A stretch of 58,536 nucleotides of DNA from a virus (IMGVR_UViG_3300001199_000003:1-58536); one strand, 5' to 3'. Counted from the first letter of the stretch, positions 17,031-27,791 are shown. A program made the numbers and translations. Notes: generated by a model not told the origin, from the letters alone.

Positions 17031-17334
17031 TCTTTTGGCTTTAACAGCTTGTGACTTTAGGGATGCTATTCCGTACACGATTCGTGGCCCTAAGTTTAAA
17101 GTGGGAGAATGTATAGCTTCCAAGATGAACGTGAGAGAGTTCAGTCAACGTGAGCCTTGGGAAACGAAAAAGATTCTTTACGTGGAGAAGGTAGTAAGCC
17201 TTGGAAAAGATAAGTACCGCACAGCTGCAGTGGTTAGCGAAAGCATGGTGATGTACACTACTACTTCTTATGTTATGGATAGGTATTACCAAACCGTGGA
17301 TTGTCCACCAATTCTTAAATTAAGGAAGTTATAA
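17005..17334 (+). CDS. lipoprotein
   Basis: Lipobox LTAC. Confidence 0.75.
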   Translation: MKIILLCISLLALTACDFRDAIPYTIRGPKFKVGECIASKMNVREFSQREPWETKKILYVEKVVSLGKDKYRTAAVVSESMVMYTTTSYVMDRYYQTVDCPPILKLRKL

Positions 17335-17618
17335 TGAGTAAATTTCTAGAGTTAGCTAAGAAGTTCGAGAAGCTTCAGGAAGAAATGAATAAGACTAGAG
17401 AGGATCTTGAAGGCGAGATGATCAACATCGGACTTGAAAAGTATATTCAAGATCCAGATACTCTGGCAGTCTATAAGATCATCGTGCCTACTGGGACGTT
17501 TGTATCTTTCAGACAGATTGACTATAAGCGTACAAACTTGGACGGAGAGAAAGGCGGAGGCCCTTCTGTTTTAGCCAAGAAAGAAGCTGAAGAAAAAGGT
17601 TTTATACTTAAGAAATAA
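17334..17618 (+). CDS. hypothetical protein
   Basis: TAATG coupling. Confidence 0.75.
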   Translation: MSKFLELAKKFEKLQEEMNKTREDLEGEMINIGLEKYIQDPDTLAVYKIIVPTGTFVSFRQIDYKRTNLDGEKGGGPSVLAKKEAEEKGFILKK

Positions 17619-17641
17619 CGCCGAGAGGCAAAGGAGTTAAT

Positions 17642-18454
17642 ATGGAATTTTGGAATGATCCTGAGTTTAAGAAGATTAGAAATAAGGTATTGATGGGGCT
17701 AGGTGCTATCCTGTTAGTGTCAGCATTTGTAAGTTCTATTTATGTGATTGATCCAGGTCAACGCGGTATTGTTGTGACTATGGGTAAAGTATCGAGTTTT
17801 AGCGGAGAAGGTCTCGGATTTAAGACTCCATTCTTCTCTAGTGTAATCAGAGTAAGCGTGCGTCAACAAACAGAAGAGTTGAAGGCTCCAGCTTTCAGTT
17901 CAGATATGCAGATGCTTAACACGACTATCAAAGTTCTTTACAGAATTCCTGAATCTGGTGTTGTTTCTATGTATAAGGACTATTCTGGTAATCCATTTGA
18001 TGCTTTGATTGCTCCACGGGTTCAAGAAGCTTTGAAGGAATCTACTGTTAACGAGACAGCTGAAGGTATCGTTAAAAAGCGTGAGATGATTAAAGCTAAG
18101 ACTCTTGAAGCAGCTCGTCGTAAAGTTGGAACCATATTGGTTATTGAAGATATTGTGATCGAAGATGTTAAATTGAGCCAAGAGCTTGAGAACGCGATTG
18201 AACAGAAAATGGTTCAAGAGCAAGAAGCTGCAAAAGCAAATTTTACAAAAGAGAAAGCTACGATTGATGCAGAGACTGCTATCATCACAGCCGAAGGTGA
18301 AGCTCAAGCCATTAATAAGCGTGGTAAGGCTATTCGCGAGAACCCAGGAGTGGTTGATCTGATCATCGCTGAGAAATGGGATGGAGTTGCTCCGCTCGTA
18401 GTGGGTGGGGATAAGGGTGCAAATATTATGCTACCGATCACCAATAAAAAGTAA
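17642..18454 (+). CDS. SPFH/band 7 (prohibitin-like) membrane protein
   Basis: N-terminal TM, IDPGQRGIVVTMGKV...GLGFKTPF, C-terminal AEGEAQA coiled coil, IAEKWDG..P. Confidence 0.92.
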   Translation: MEFWNDPEFKKIRNKVLMGLGAILLVSAFVSSIYVIDPGQRGIVVTMGKVSSFSGEGLGFKTPFFSSVIRVSVRQQTEELKAPAFSSDMQMLNTTIKVLYRIPESGVVSMYKDYSGNPFDALIAPRVQEALKESTVNETAEGIVKKREMIKAKTLEAARRKVGTILVIEDIVIEDVKLSQELENAIEQKMVQEQEAAKANFTKEKATIDAETAIITAEGEAQAINKRGKAIRENPGVVDLIIAEKWDGVAPLVVGGDKGANIMLPITNKK

Positions 18455-18468
18455 AATTTAAGATGAAG

Positions 18469-18492
18469 GGCTGGAGCAATCCAGCCTTTTTT
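18469..18492 (+). terminator. rho-independent terminator
   Basis: GGCTGGA-GCAA-TCCAGCC followed by T6. Confidence 0.85.
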
Positions 18493-18504
18493 AATGGAGT
18501 TCTA

Positions 18505-18756
18505 ATGGAAGTTACCACTGCTTTAGTTGTTTGCGTAGCTATGATTGCGTTTAGTATGACCATCTGCTCAGTGTTTAGGACTCTAAAACCTAAACCAGCA
18601 ACGCCTCCTTTCAAGAAAGATCGGTTCACGCTGATTGAGGAAGAGCTTGAAAGGCTGCACGATGAGCTTGGGAATTACAGTCAAGGCGATGACGAGCTAA
18701 AAGAAATATTTAGAGAAATTGGTAAACTAAATGACGCATTGTCTCAAAAAGAGTAA
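18505..18756 (+). CDS. membrane-anchored coiled-coil protein
   Basis: GGAG RBS before MEVTT (the upstream in-frame start lies in the terminator). Confidence 0.7.
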   Translation: MEVTTALVVCVAMIAFSMTICSVFRTLKPKPATPPFKKDRFTLIEEELERLHDELGNYSQGDDELKEIFREIGKLNDALSQKE

Positions 18757-19134
18757 TTACTCTTTAGAGTTGTCGATCATTTTAGTCAAGAGACTGACCA
18801 TTTGCGTATGTTGATTTCGGAGTTCTGACCGCAGATCCTCAATCTTTTGGCCAAGGTTACGGATCTCTCCGTTGTAGGTTTCACGAAGATGTTGAAGGTC
18901 TTTGTCTACAGATTCTTCTAGGTTTTCGACTCTAGCGTTGAGCTTGTCCAGCTTACCCTGGAGTTCTAATTCTTTCTTAAGGAGTTCTTCTTTAGCAGAT
19001 TTGAGGATCTCGTCAGACAGAGCTTTCTTGGAAGCATCGGCGTCTTTCTGGATCTTACGAATAGTGAGCCATGATCCACCAATTACGGTGATAGCTCCTG
19101 CGACGGCTAAAATGGCTTCCCAAGTTATTTCCAC
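18757..19134 (-). CDS. membrane-anchored coiled-coil protein (late; possibly lysis-related)
   Basis: GGAGG RBS before GTG 19134; N-terminal TM; late motif at 19157. Confidence 0.7.
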   Translation of the reverse strand: MEITWEAILAVAGAITVIGGSWLTIRKIQKDADASKKALSDEILKSAKEELLKKELELQGKLDKLNARVENLEESVDKDLQHLRETYNGEIRNLGQKIEDLRSELRNQHTQMVSLLTKMIDNSKE

Positions 19135-19211
19135 GTTGTGTCCTCCCAACTATGTATAAGATTGTGATAGATGTGATATACTTAATACGAACACAAAATG
19201 AGAGGTTCTAA

Positions 19212-19520
19212 ATGCCTGAAAATCAACAAAATCCATCTTTTTTAGACAAATTTAAGTCTCCGCTGAGCTATCTATGGGATAACCATAAGGTTTTCTTAAT
19301 CATTTTTGGGGTGGCAATTATAGCCTTTAAATTCCGAGAAGTGATCATTGATTTGCTAGTGGCTGATTCCCATAAAAAGATGGATGAAGCTAAGAAACAA
19401 GACGCAGTTCTGAAGACAGAGGAAAAGCAAGCCAACGACCAGGCTGAGCAGCTCATAAAAGAGGCTGAAGCTCTTTCCCAAGATAAACCTAAGGTCGATG
19501 AGGATTGGTATAAAAAATGA
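19212..19520 (+). CDS. TM + coiled-coil protein
   Basis: Single TM followed by a heptad region. Confidence 0.75.
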   Translation: MPENQQNPSFLDKFKSPLSYLWDNHKVFLIIFGVAIIAFKFREVIIDLLVADSHKKMDEAKKQDAVLKTEEKQANDQAEQLIKEAEALSQDKPKVDEDWYKK

Positions 19521-19825
19521 GAAAATACCTAATTTACGTAGGCGTGGTGCTATGTTTTGCTCTAGCTGGTAATAGAATTTACAGCGCTTACAAGAACTAT
19601 TTCGACTATAGGCCACTAGCCGCCGTAGGCGAATGTCTTGAGATCCAGGATGAGAAACTGGGCCGACTAGAAGTTAAGATCATTAAGAATGACGATAAAG
19701 CCGGAATCAGTGAGGCAGTTGTCGCTATAGAAATAATGCCTGGGTCAAAACTATACGCTGGAGTTAGAGTTAAATACTCTGAGCTTCGCGATCTTGGAGC
19801 TGAAAAAACGGAGTGTTCAGAATGA
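19517..19825 (+). CDS. membrane-anchored hypothetical protein
   Basis: ATGA overlap; N-terminal hydrophobic segment. Confidence 0.75.
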   Translation: MRKYLIYVGVVLCFALAGNRIYSAYKNYFDYRPLAAVGECLEIQDEKLGRLEVKIIKNDDKAGISEAVVAIEIMPGSKLYAGVRVKYSELRDLGAEKTECSE

Positions 19826-20214
19826 GAAAACTTATTGCGATTATACTGATCGTTCTATCTTTACCACTATCAGCAATGGCTGAATGTGATTTTAAGACTG
19901 GCATTACTAAGAACGATAATAGTACCTACACTTACACGAAAGAATGCCATATTAAAGTTGGTGAGCTTAGACAAGACTTAGACATCGCTAACGAACAAAA
20001 TTTGAAGTTCACTAAAGCTCTGGAACTAAAAGACCTAGCTCTTAGTAAAGCCGACCAACGGGCAGACATGTGGCAGCAAACTGCCTTTAAGCTTGAGGAT
20101 CGCATTACAACTATTGACGGTATGCGTACTTCTAATCAATGGTTCATGTTTGGCTTTGGTATGGTAACTATGTTTGGAGCAGCTTACGCAGCTTCACAGT
20201 TAAATCACCGTTAG
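19822..20214 (+). CDS. secreted coiled-coil protein with C-terminal TM
   Basis: Signal peptide (SAMA), two Cys, coiled coil, WFMFGFGMVTMFGAAYAA. Confidence 0.75.
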   Translation: MRKLIAIILIVLSLPLSAMAECDFKTGITKNDNSTYTYTKECHIKVGELRQDLDIANEQNLKFTKALELKDLALSKADQRADMWQQTAFKLEDRITTIDGMRTSNQWFMFGFGMVTMFGAAYAASQLNHR

Positions 20215-20711
20215 ATTATATGTTTGCCGTGGGCCTTAATAATTGGATTAAGGCCTTTAGGTGTCATGAAGTCAATGTCGTAATCTATAGGTATTTCTAG
20301 GATTTCCTCACAGAAAAAAGCTCCAAGTTCGGAGCAAACAAATGTTTCGTCTCCGTCTCCTTTAAGTTTCACTCTATGTCCAATTCTTTGGCTTAAAATT
20401 ACTAGCAGTATTTTGAATAGAAATTTTATACCATATTTAGTTCCAGCATATTTCATAAAGAAAGATATAAGCTTTTCTTTTTTATCGTCTGGTAATTCAA
20501 ATTCATATTCTTCAATAATTACGTTGTCTTTTAAGAATATGTCAATATTCATGAAGTTTACCTGGAGGCCGCTAGCCTGGTATATGTACTCCCCATATTT
20601 TGATTGGCGGCGAATATAAACATGAGAGTAATCAGAGCCATCTACAATTTGAATAATTTTGCTGAGCCAGCTACCTTTATGTGATGAAAATCCTATATAT
20701 ACCTTTTCCAT
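20211..20711 (-). CDS. permuted papain-like amidase (YaeF/YiiX-type NlpC/P60 superfamily)
   Basis: His before Cys: S.II......YSHV ... G.KY ... FVCSEL. Confidence 0.85.
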   Translation of the reverse strand: MEKVYIGFSSHKGSWLSKIIQIVDGSDYSHVYIRRQSKYGEYIYQASGLQVNFMNIDIFLKDNVIIEEYEFELPDDKKEKLISFFMKYAGTKYGIKFLFKILLVILSQRIGHRVKLKGDGDETFVCSELGAFFCEEILEIPIDYDIDFMTPKGLNPIIKAHGKHII

Positions 20712-20875
20712 TAACTCACCTCTTTAGCCCAGAAAAATCTGTACCATCCACTTATGTTATCAATAGAAATTAAATAATAACCGAGTGTATTTTGCTCATC
20801 AATATGTTCTTGTATCTCTTCTTCCGTTAAAGCAGAAGCGTTTCTTAATTTAGTGACTTTGTTTTGTATTGCCAT
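20711..20875 (-). CDS. small hypothetical protein (54 aa)
   Basis: MAIQNKVTKLRNASALTEEEIQEHIDEQNTLGYYLISID...; TAATG-coupled to the amidase. Confidence 0.7.
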   Translation of the reverse strand: MAIQNKVTKLRNASALTEEEIQEHIDEQNTLGYYLISIDNISGWYRFFWAKEVS

Positions 20876-20876
20876 A

Positions 20877-21671
20877 TTATAACCTGTATATTTGTATTAC
20901 TAGTTGCATGTTTACTTGCAAACCATCTGGATGCTTTAGGATTACTCTCATCTTACCTTGATGAGTTGATGAATTATAAGTCAAATATTTTGTGACTCTA
21001 CCGTCTATTTCAAAAGAACTGTCTGGTGCTAGAAACTTTAAATTAATACCGCTTGCGAATTCTTTTGATCCTCCATATTGAGCAGGAATATCTGGTGCTC
21101 CAACTATCCATAGCCTAATATCTTGAGATGGATTTGAGTTAATCCTTAAAGCTCCACCTATAATTTCATAATCAAAGTTAGGTTCAAAATCAATAACAGT
21201 TTTTACGCAAGAATTCAAGTTTGCGTTAAGCAATCCTGGAGTAGTAATTTCTTGATTACTCGCATCGTATATTTTACAATTTATCCAAGGGATACTTACG
21301 TCATCCGAAGTTTTACAATAAATAGTATCTAAAGTAGAAGTGGTTATCTCTATAGGTACAGCCCAAAAGCTCCAACCTTTTTTGGCTGCTTTCATTCGCA
21401 CTATCAGTGCGCCGTCAATGTCTTTGTTATTGTAGTTAAACTTATTTACACCTTTTAAATATTCTTCAGCTTCTTCGACAGAAGACATGTCTCTGTTGCC
21501 ATCGTTAACTATTAGGTTGTTTAGCCTAATGTCTTTGATGAAAGATATGTCGGTGTAAAGAGCAAACCAATAATTAGACAGAACTTCTAAACTTCCATAA
21601 GCAGGTATTGTGACTTGACCGTCTGCGTAATATAAATCATCGGAAGAAGGATTATTTATGATTAGCTTCAT
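20877..21671 (-). CDS. tail-fibre-operon protein, probably virion-associated
   Basis: 264-aa beta-rich ORF 1 nt downstream of the tail fibre. Confidence 0.65.
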   Translation of the reverse strand: MKLIINNPSSDDLYYADGQVTIPAYGSLEVLSNYWFALYTDISFIKDIRLNNLIVNDGNRDMSSVEEAEEYLKGVNKFNYNNKDIDGALIVRMKAAKKGWSFWAVPIEITTSTLDTIYCKTSDDVSIPWINCKIYDASNQEITTPGLLNANLNSCVKTVIDFEPNFDYEIIGGALRINSNPSQDIRLWIVGAPDIPAQYGGSKEFASGINLKFLAPDSSFEIDGRVTKYLTYNSSTHQGKMRVILKHPDGLQVNMQLVIQIYRL

Positions 21672-21672
21672 A

Positions 21673-24600
21673 TTATCCTAATCTAATGATAGTCATTGAT
21701 CTATCGTGACAAGTTTGCGTTCCAACAACCGCTCGCCATCTTGCTTCAATTGCTTCAGAGCCATTCACCGTAACTACTGCCTGGGTATGGGCACAAACAT
21801 TGGCTCCACCGGAAATACCGATATCACGTTCGGACCCAGAAACTTGTGTTACTCCTGCATAAATACTAATAACCATCCTAGTAGCACTGTTAGCTGAGCT
21901 ATTAACGCTACCGCTGAAACTAACAAAATAAGTACCTGCAGCTGGGGTTATTGTCATTCCTGCAATATCATTATCTGTGCCAGAAGCAGTTGTATCGTCT
22001 GCGGTAGCGGTAACTGTTTGGTTTGCAAGAATAGTATTATGAACGTGATCTGCTCTGGCAAAAGAAGTAGAAGCTCCTTCAGAATTTGCAACGCCAGTAT
22101 TCACTGGAGCAGCTGCGTCAATCGCATGTCTATGGTCGCCACGAGCGAAAGTGTTTGCGGTTCCAGCAGCAGCAGAATCATCTGGTTGGATAGCTGTGAT
22201 GTCTCCAACTAAGGCGGTAGCCACAGCGTGTGTGTGATCGTTTCTAGCGAATGAAGTTCCAGAACCTTCTGCGTTTGAAGTTGCTGGAGAAAGGTTCGTA
22301 GTTGGAGCAGCTGCGGGAATATTATGGACGTGATCCGCTCTTGCTAAACTATTAGATGTACCAGCAGCATTAGATTGATCTGGATTCTGAGTTACAGGTA
22401 CATCTGTAACGATAGCATGTTGGTGATCTGACCTAGCTAATGAATTGGCTGTACCCACTCCGTTGGTAGTATTTCCACCTACAGCGGTAAGCGGAGCAGC
22501 AGTAGCTATCGGATCTGCTCCATTAGGTAAATGCCTAGATGCGTGAGCAGATATATCTACACCATCTACGTTTCCTACGTTAGTTATTTGTTGTCCACCC
22601 ATATCCAACGCTCCAGTCATTGGCTTAGATCCATCTAGCATTAAAAACTGAGTATGCCCAGCATCTCCCGTTGTTAACCCTAGTAGTCCACTATGGAAAG
22701 AAGCAGCGGAAACGCCACTAGCTTTAAAGCCAATGACAGGTCTATCATCTCTGATTTCTACGATATTAGCAGTGCCTTGATGAACGATTATAGAAGCGAT
22801 AAGAGTAACTCCATCCGTGAACTCTGGAGGAGGAGTTGGTATATTACCTTGCTGTGCAAGCGTTAAATCGGAGTATTCAGCTTGAGAATATACTAAATGA
22901 TATTTTTCATCAGCCCCATCACCAATAATATAAAAAGAATGTTTAGCATAATAACCAGCGGTTAAAGCTACTAATGTACCGCTGTTGTTGTCATACTGGG
23001 CATTATCAACCGTATTTTGCGTACCATGAAGATATCCACCGACTCCATCTCTATAATGATAACCCCAAGTAAAAGCGGTATTCCCAGATGGAGCAAATCT
23101 AGTATTTCCGAAATAATATATTCCTCCAGAAACGTCCAAACCTCTAGTGCCGTTTTCTGTAACAGCACTTCCTGTAGAATATATTGGACCAATAGCCTCT
23201 CTTTGATATTGCTCAATGAGTGTTCCTAGTTGTTTGTCTCTTATAGAAGATTTATCAATAAAATGAATAGTAGACGCAAATGTAGCTACTCTACCAAGAA
23301 TAATATTTTGAAGAATATTGGGTTGAGATGCAGCGAAAGAAACCACGCCTGTATCTGTTACGTATATATAGTTAGCAGAATCGGCTGGTAACGTAAGAGG
23401 AGTAACGGACCAGAATACCTCTTTCATGTAATCATCTACTGGATCTTGAATAAATCCAGCACCGGCAGATATAGATACCCCCAATCCACTGGTTGTCGTG
23501 ATTGCTCCGCCATCATAAGCGCCTACTGGCGATGTTTCTCTGATTAATCGAGATAGAGCTAGTCTTCTATCGTGCCTATCGCCTTGGAAAATATCGCCAA
23601 GAGTTACTTCCCCTACATCTGGGACAATAGCGTCTAGGTAATTCAATTTTACTGGAGAACTAGAATTTACAGAAACTTTCGTACTGTCTGCTAATCCTTG
23701 GAACGCACCAGTTGCACCAGGATGTGAAACCAGAATATCGTTTGTTATTGAATTGAAAATAGCTCCAGTAACTTGAAGAGAAGGCGCTGCTCCAACATTT
23801 TCCACTTCCAGTGCAGTAGTAAAAAAGTCTTGAGATACTTGTCTAGCAAGCAATCTTGCGCCATCTCCTATACGGAAAAATCTTCCACCTAAACTTGCTT
23901 GCGCTCCCCAGTTAGTCGCAGAAAGTACAGCACCTGTACCTGTAGCGCGTCCTACGTCTGGAACATTTGCGGCGAATCCTACGTTAAAATTATCTACAAT
24001 AAGAAAAGCTGGAACCGTAGTTGTACTTTGGCAATAATAACAAACAGTAGGGGCGGAATCCTGTGTAATTGTTGCGCCATTCAATAGAACTGCCCCAACA
24101 TTGAATCCATTATTGACCAAAGAAACGTATCCGTAGTTATTACCGAAACGAATATTTTCTAAGGTAATAGCAACTGAGTCTGCTCCAGGAACTACGGTAT
24201 TTACAGCAAACTTATTAGCGTCAGTTGCACCTCTTAAAGTTATGTTTTTAACAGCGAACGAATCTGCTGCTTCAATGACGTGTTTATTAGTGGCATTAAC
24301 TTCGATAACAACAGTTGAAACATCTTCACCTATGATAGTTACGTATGGTTTACCTAATATAGTATCTTCAATATAAACTCCAGGTCCGACTTTGATTATA
24401 TATTGATTAGTTACAGATGCTGTAGTAATAGAATCTACTGCTGATTTTATGGAAGAGAAATCACCGCCACGCTTAGCAACAGTAATAATATTAAGGTCTT
24501 TGTGAACATGAAATACTGAACTTTGAGGCTCAATTTCTGTTTTAAGATATTCGACCATTCCATCGACATTTCCTGTGGCCGCGATATGCTCAACTATTAG

Positions 24601-26289
24601 ATCCTTAGTATTGTTCTCCATGTTAAGAGCAGTTGCTTTAATAGAAGTTGCTGCGCCTACATTCGGCATATAAATAGCTTTATCGAAACTATTCATATTA
24701 ACAGCTGTAGCCCTTAAAGCTCCACCGTTTTCCAATTGAATACCAACGGTTCCGACAGTAGGAGTTGGTAATCTGAGTTGGATAGCATTTAAAACAAGTT
24801 GAGTGTTTACTCCATCAGATTTCATTACATAGGTTGGCAATGGTGCAGGCGATCCACTCATCGTAGAATTTTGAAAAGCTATGGTTGTTCTATTATTAAA
24901 ACTTACATTATTGTTAGCTAAGAATCCAGTATTGAATTGATATTGATTTCCCCATAAGCAATTTAAGAAAGTTAGTGTAGCGTTAGCCTGGTCAGCATAA
25001 CATTGTGCTAACATTGAGTTAGGACCAAGTCTGCAGTCTTTAACTATAAAAATACCATTAGTAGAACCTACTTGAGATGAGTGATAGATAGCAGGTACTC
25101 CAGGAGATGTTACTCCTTTAATTTGCAAATTCTCTATTTGAGAAAACTCATACCCATTAATCAATGAGGATGTAGGATCTATAGCATTTACGACCGTGAC
25201 TCTGTCAGCAGAACCTCGTACAAATACATATGGTTTCATTGTTAGAGGATTTTCGTTAAATACCCCAGCTCCAACGTCAATTAAATAAGGGTTAGACTCA
25301 CTATTGGTTGTGATCGCATTTAACGCATTTTCAATTGTTAAATACTCGCCAGCGCCAGGATTTTTCTTTACACGCAATATGTTTTGTACTGAGAATCTTA
25401 GATCATTACCTTGAGCGATAGTATCTACTGTGCTTCCGTAAACTGGAACGATCACACCTGAAAGGTTTTGAATGCCGCTATCAGCTTCCACATTATGTAC
25501 GTGATCTGCTCTAGCTAGTTCTATAGCAGTTCCTTCAGCGTTAGCATCTCCAGTATTTACTGGAACGCCAGTAAGAATATTATGCTTGTGCATAGCATCA
25601 GAAACTCTTCCACTGCTTCCTTCAGAAGCCGCCGAACCAGCTCGCACATCTCTTACGTCAGAAAGTATTCCGCGAATAATATTTTGAGCGTTTCTTACTC
25701 GCTCATCCGTCAAAGAAATTATATTGTTTAAATCTGTACTAAATTTAGCAAAAACGATAGTGTAAGGAGGAGCTAAAACGCCAGATCCTGTTTGTTTTAC
25801 TATTCCGTCAATATCTATGTAAACTTCACCGTTCGTGATGTTTTGACTCAAAAGAATATCATTCGCTACCAGTTGGTAGAAAACTCCATCAAATCTAGCA
25901 GTTCCTCCTGTAAAATGTAAGATCCTGCCAGATACGATTGAAGGTCTGAAATCTGCTTGAGCTTTGTCATTAACTTGGTCAATAGCATCTTGAACTTGCG
26001 AAGCAGAAAGGCCAGACACAGAATTGTCGTATGGAACCTCATCTGCATCTTGAAATGCTGCGTTAGCTTCCACTGTGGCTAATTTGGTTTTTTCAGCATC
26101 TGTAAACGCATTTGTATCTGCGTTAGATTCATAGGCAGCTTTAACCGCAGCCGGAGAAAGAATTGCGCTTCTTAAAGTTGCAATCGTAGCTTTTCTTCCA
26201 CCGTTTGGATTTACAGCAGATTCGACTGCGTAGATAAGGTCAGCGTCTGAAATAGATAACAGTTCTGGTAAATTTCTAACTTTGCTCAT
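21673..26289 (-). CDS. long tail fibre / tailspike with two beta-helix-like modules and AR.DH.H repeats
   Basis: 1538 aa, Gly/Ala/Thr/Ser/Asn-rich; two V.K..G.(Y/F)..I..A...I....Y.I.VG.GV motifs; six ARxDHxH repeats. Confidence 0.85.
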   Translation of the reverse strand: MSKVRNLPELLSISDADLIYAVESAVNPNGGRKATIATLRSAILSPAAVKAAYESNADTNAFTDAEKTKLATVEANAAFQDADEVPYDNSVSGLSASQVQDAIDQVNDKAQADFRPSIVSGRILHFTGGTARFDGVFYQLVANDILLSQNITNGEVYIDIDGIVKQTGSGVLAPPYTIVFAKFSTDLNNIISLTDERVRNAQNIIRGILSDVRDVRAGSAASEGSSGRVSDAMHKHNILTGVPVNTGDANAEGTAIELARADHVHNVEADSGIQNLSGVIVPVYGSTVDTIAQGNDLRFSVQNILRVKKNPGAGEYLTIENALNAITTNSESNPYLIDVGAGVFNENPLTMKPYVFVRGSADRVTVVNAIDPTSSLINGYEFSQIENLQIKGVTSPGVPAIYHSSQVGSTNGIFIVKDCRLGPNSMLAQCYADQANATLTFLNCLWGNQYQFNTGFLANNNVSFNNRTTIAFQNSTMSGSPAPLPTYVMKSDGVNTQLVLNAIQLRLPTPTVGTVGIQLENGGALRATAVNMNSFDKAIYMPNVGAATSIKATALNMENNTKDLIVEHIAATGNVDGMVEYLKTEIEPQSSVFHVHKDLNIITVAKRGGDFSSIKSAVDSITTASVTNQYIIKVGPGVYIEDTILGKPYVTIIGEDVSTVVIEVNATNKHVIEAADSFAVKNITLRGATDANKFAVNTVVPGADSVAITLENIRFGNNYGYVSLVNNGFNVGAVLLNGATITQDSAPTVCYYCQSTTTVPAFLIVDNFNVGFAANVPDVGRATGTGAVLSATNWGAQASLGGRFFRIGDGARLLARQVSQDFFTTALEVENVGAAPSLQVTGAIFNSITNDILVSHPGATGAFQGLADSTKVSVNSSSPVKLNYLDAIVPDVGEVTLGDIFQGDRHDRRLALSRLIRETSPVGAYDGGAITTTSGLGVSISAGAGFIQDPVDDYMKEVFWSVTPLTLPADSANYIYVTDTGVVSFAASQPNILQNIILGRVATFASTIHFIDKSSIRDKQLGTLIEQYQREAIGPIYSTGSAVTENGTRGLDVSGGIYYFGNTRFAPSGNTAFTWGYHYRDGVGGYLHGTQNTVDNAQYDNNSGTLVALTAGYYAKHSFYIIGDGADEKYHLVYSQAEYSDLTLAQQGNIPTPPPEFTDGVTLIASIIVHQGTANIVEIRDDRPVIGFKASGVSAASFHSGLLGLTTGDAGHTQFLMLDGSKPMTGALDMGGQQITNVGNVDGVDISAHASRHLPNGADPIATAAPLTAVGGNTTNGVGTANSLARSDHQHAIVTDVPVTQNPDQSNAAGTSNSLARADHVHNIPAAAPTTNLSPATSNAEGSGTSFARNDHTHAVATALVGDITAIQPDDSAAAGTANTFARGDHRHAIDAAAPVNTGVANSEGASTSFARADHVHNTILANQTVTATADDTTASGTDNDIAGMTITPAAGTYFVSFSGSVNSSANSATRMVISIYAGVTQVSGSERDIGISGGANVCAHTQAVVTVNGSEAIEARWRAVVGTQTCHDRSMTIIRLG

Positions 26290-26297
26290 TTTATTCC

Positions 26298-27254
26298 TTA
26301 ATCGAGATTTAACGGCGTATTGTCGTCATCCAACAATTGAGTGCCGTCATCATCGTTAATATATCTGTTTAATTTTAAGTCCCATCCATTAACGGATGCG
26401 TAATTTGTCACAACTGCTTCGCCTAACAGCGCTCCATCTTCTCGATATGTAAGCGTTAAATTGCTTCCTGCGAAAGATGGAACAACCGAATCATAGTTGG
26501 CTAGTTTCATCCAGTTTGAAGCACTAATCAATGCAATAAATTTTTCGTAAGTGCTACTGGTAGGTATTGGATTTTCAGGAGTATATGAATTTCCGTTACC
26601 ATCGTGAAGAGAAACGTCTTGCGAGACCGTGTCGGTATCTACAGTTCCGCGTTTAGCTGTAATTCTTTGAACTTGATCTGTTTGGTCAGTATCCGTGCTT
26701 CTAGTGTGGCCAATCAGTCCAATATTGTCTGGATCTGGATTAGTTTCTGCATCGTAGAATCCATCCACGTCTACGTCTACTTGAACATCTACTTCAGCGT
26801 GGAACTGGCCATCTACAGCTAAACGATTAAGGCCGTTACTGTCTCTGACGCTATCAATGGCATTACCGTATTGATCGTCAATTTCAACGCCAATGGTTGT
26901 GCCAGGCTCTTGTCTATAAACGGCTTGAATAATATCTTCAGGCTTAAGTTTTGCTTTATCTTGTTCTTCTGCTAGTATGTAAGCACCAGAAGCTACCGTG
27001 TAGGCAGTTAAATCTGTGCGCGCAGTCAATGTGTTGGTTTGTTGAGTCGTAGGAAATGGGCCGACAATGATGGTATCTGGTCCGATTACTCGTTTAACCT
27101 GAACCTGGATCGTATCTTGGCCAACAGCGGATATGGAAACCTTCTGCTTGACTTTGAAGCCAGCAGCAGATGTAACTTTAATGACGCCGTACTGCCCACC
27201 ATTAGCCGTAAAAAGCTGTGGAGCGACCGCAGGCCATTTTTGTTCAATAGCCAT
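26298..27254 (-). CDS. putative virion/tail protein
   Basis: 318 aa, heads the tail-fibre operon, late motif upstream. Confidence 0.7.
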   Translation of the reverse strand: MAIEQKWPAVAPQLFTANGGQYGVIKVTSAAGFKVKQKVSISAVGQDTIQVQVKRVIGPDTIIVGPFPTTQQTNTLTARTDLTAYTVASGAYILAEEQDKAKLKPEDIIQAVYRQEPGTTIGVEIDDQYGNAIDSVRDSNGLNRLAVDGQFHAEVDVQVDVDVDGFYDAETNPDPDNIGLIGHTRSTDTDQTDQVQRITAKRGTVDTDTVSQDVSLHDGNGNSYTPENPIPTSSTYEKFIALISASNWMKLANYDSVVPSFAGSNLTLTYREDGALLGEAVVTNYASVNGWDLKLNRYINDDDGTQLLDDDNTPLNLD

Positions 27255-27311
27255 AAACCATACCCTTTAGATCTACCCGTGTAGACCTTTATAAGATTGG
27301 CTCAGGTATGG

Positions 27312-27692
27312 TTATCCAGGGAGGATTTCGTCAGATTTAGCTGCAGGAGCCTTAGATTCAGCGGGAGCTGAAGCTTTAATTGTAGTAGTTTCAGTAGTTT
27401 TGCTCTCAACAGAGAATGAACCGTCAGCACCTCTTTGGAACTTGCGGCCCCAATAAAGTCCAGCGCAAACCATAAACAAATTAAGGGTTTGAGAAGGGTC
27501 GATTCCACCTACAAGACCAGAAGCCTTACCGATCATACCTAACATGCAGAAGTTAAAAGAAACTATAACCAACGTAAGACTCACAGAGCCTTTGCCGGTT
27601 TCAGGATCACGGAAAGTAGGCAGAGGAAAGCCTCGCTCGTTCATACCGCGTACCATTTTAAGCCATTTTTCTTTTAATTCTTGTGATGTCAT
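27312..27692 (-). CDS. holin-like two-TM protein
   Basis: Start trimmed to MTSQEL because the ORF-track start lies in tRNA-Pro; two hydrophobic segments, charged C-tail. Confidence 0.55.
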   Translation of the reverse strand: MTSQELKEKWLKMVRGMNERGFPLPTFRDPETGKGSVSLTLVIVSFNFCMLGMIGKASGLVGGIDPSQTLNLFMVCAGLYWGRKFQRGADGSFSVESKTTETTTIKASAPAESKAPAAKSDEILPG

Positions 27693-27714
27693 ACTGGGAA
27701 GATTAGGACGGAAA

Positions 27715-27791
<77 letters not shown>

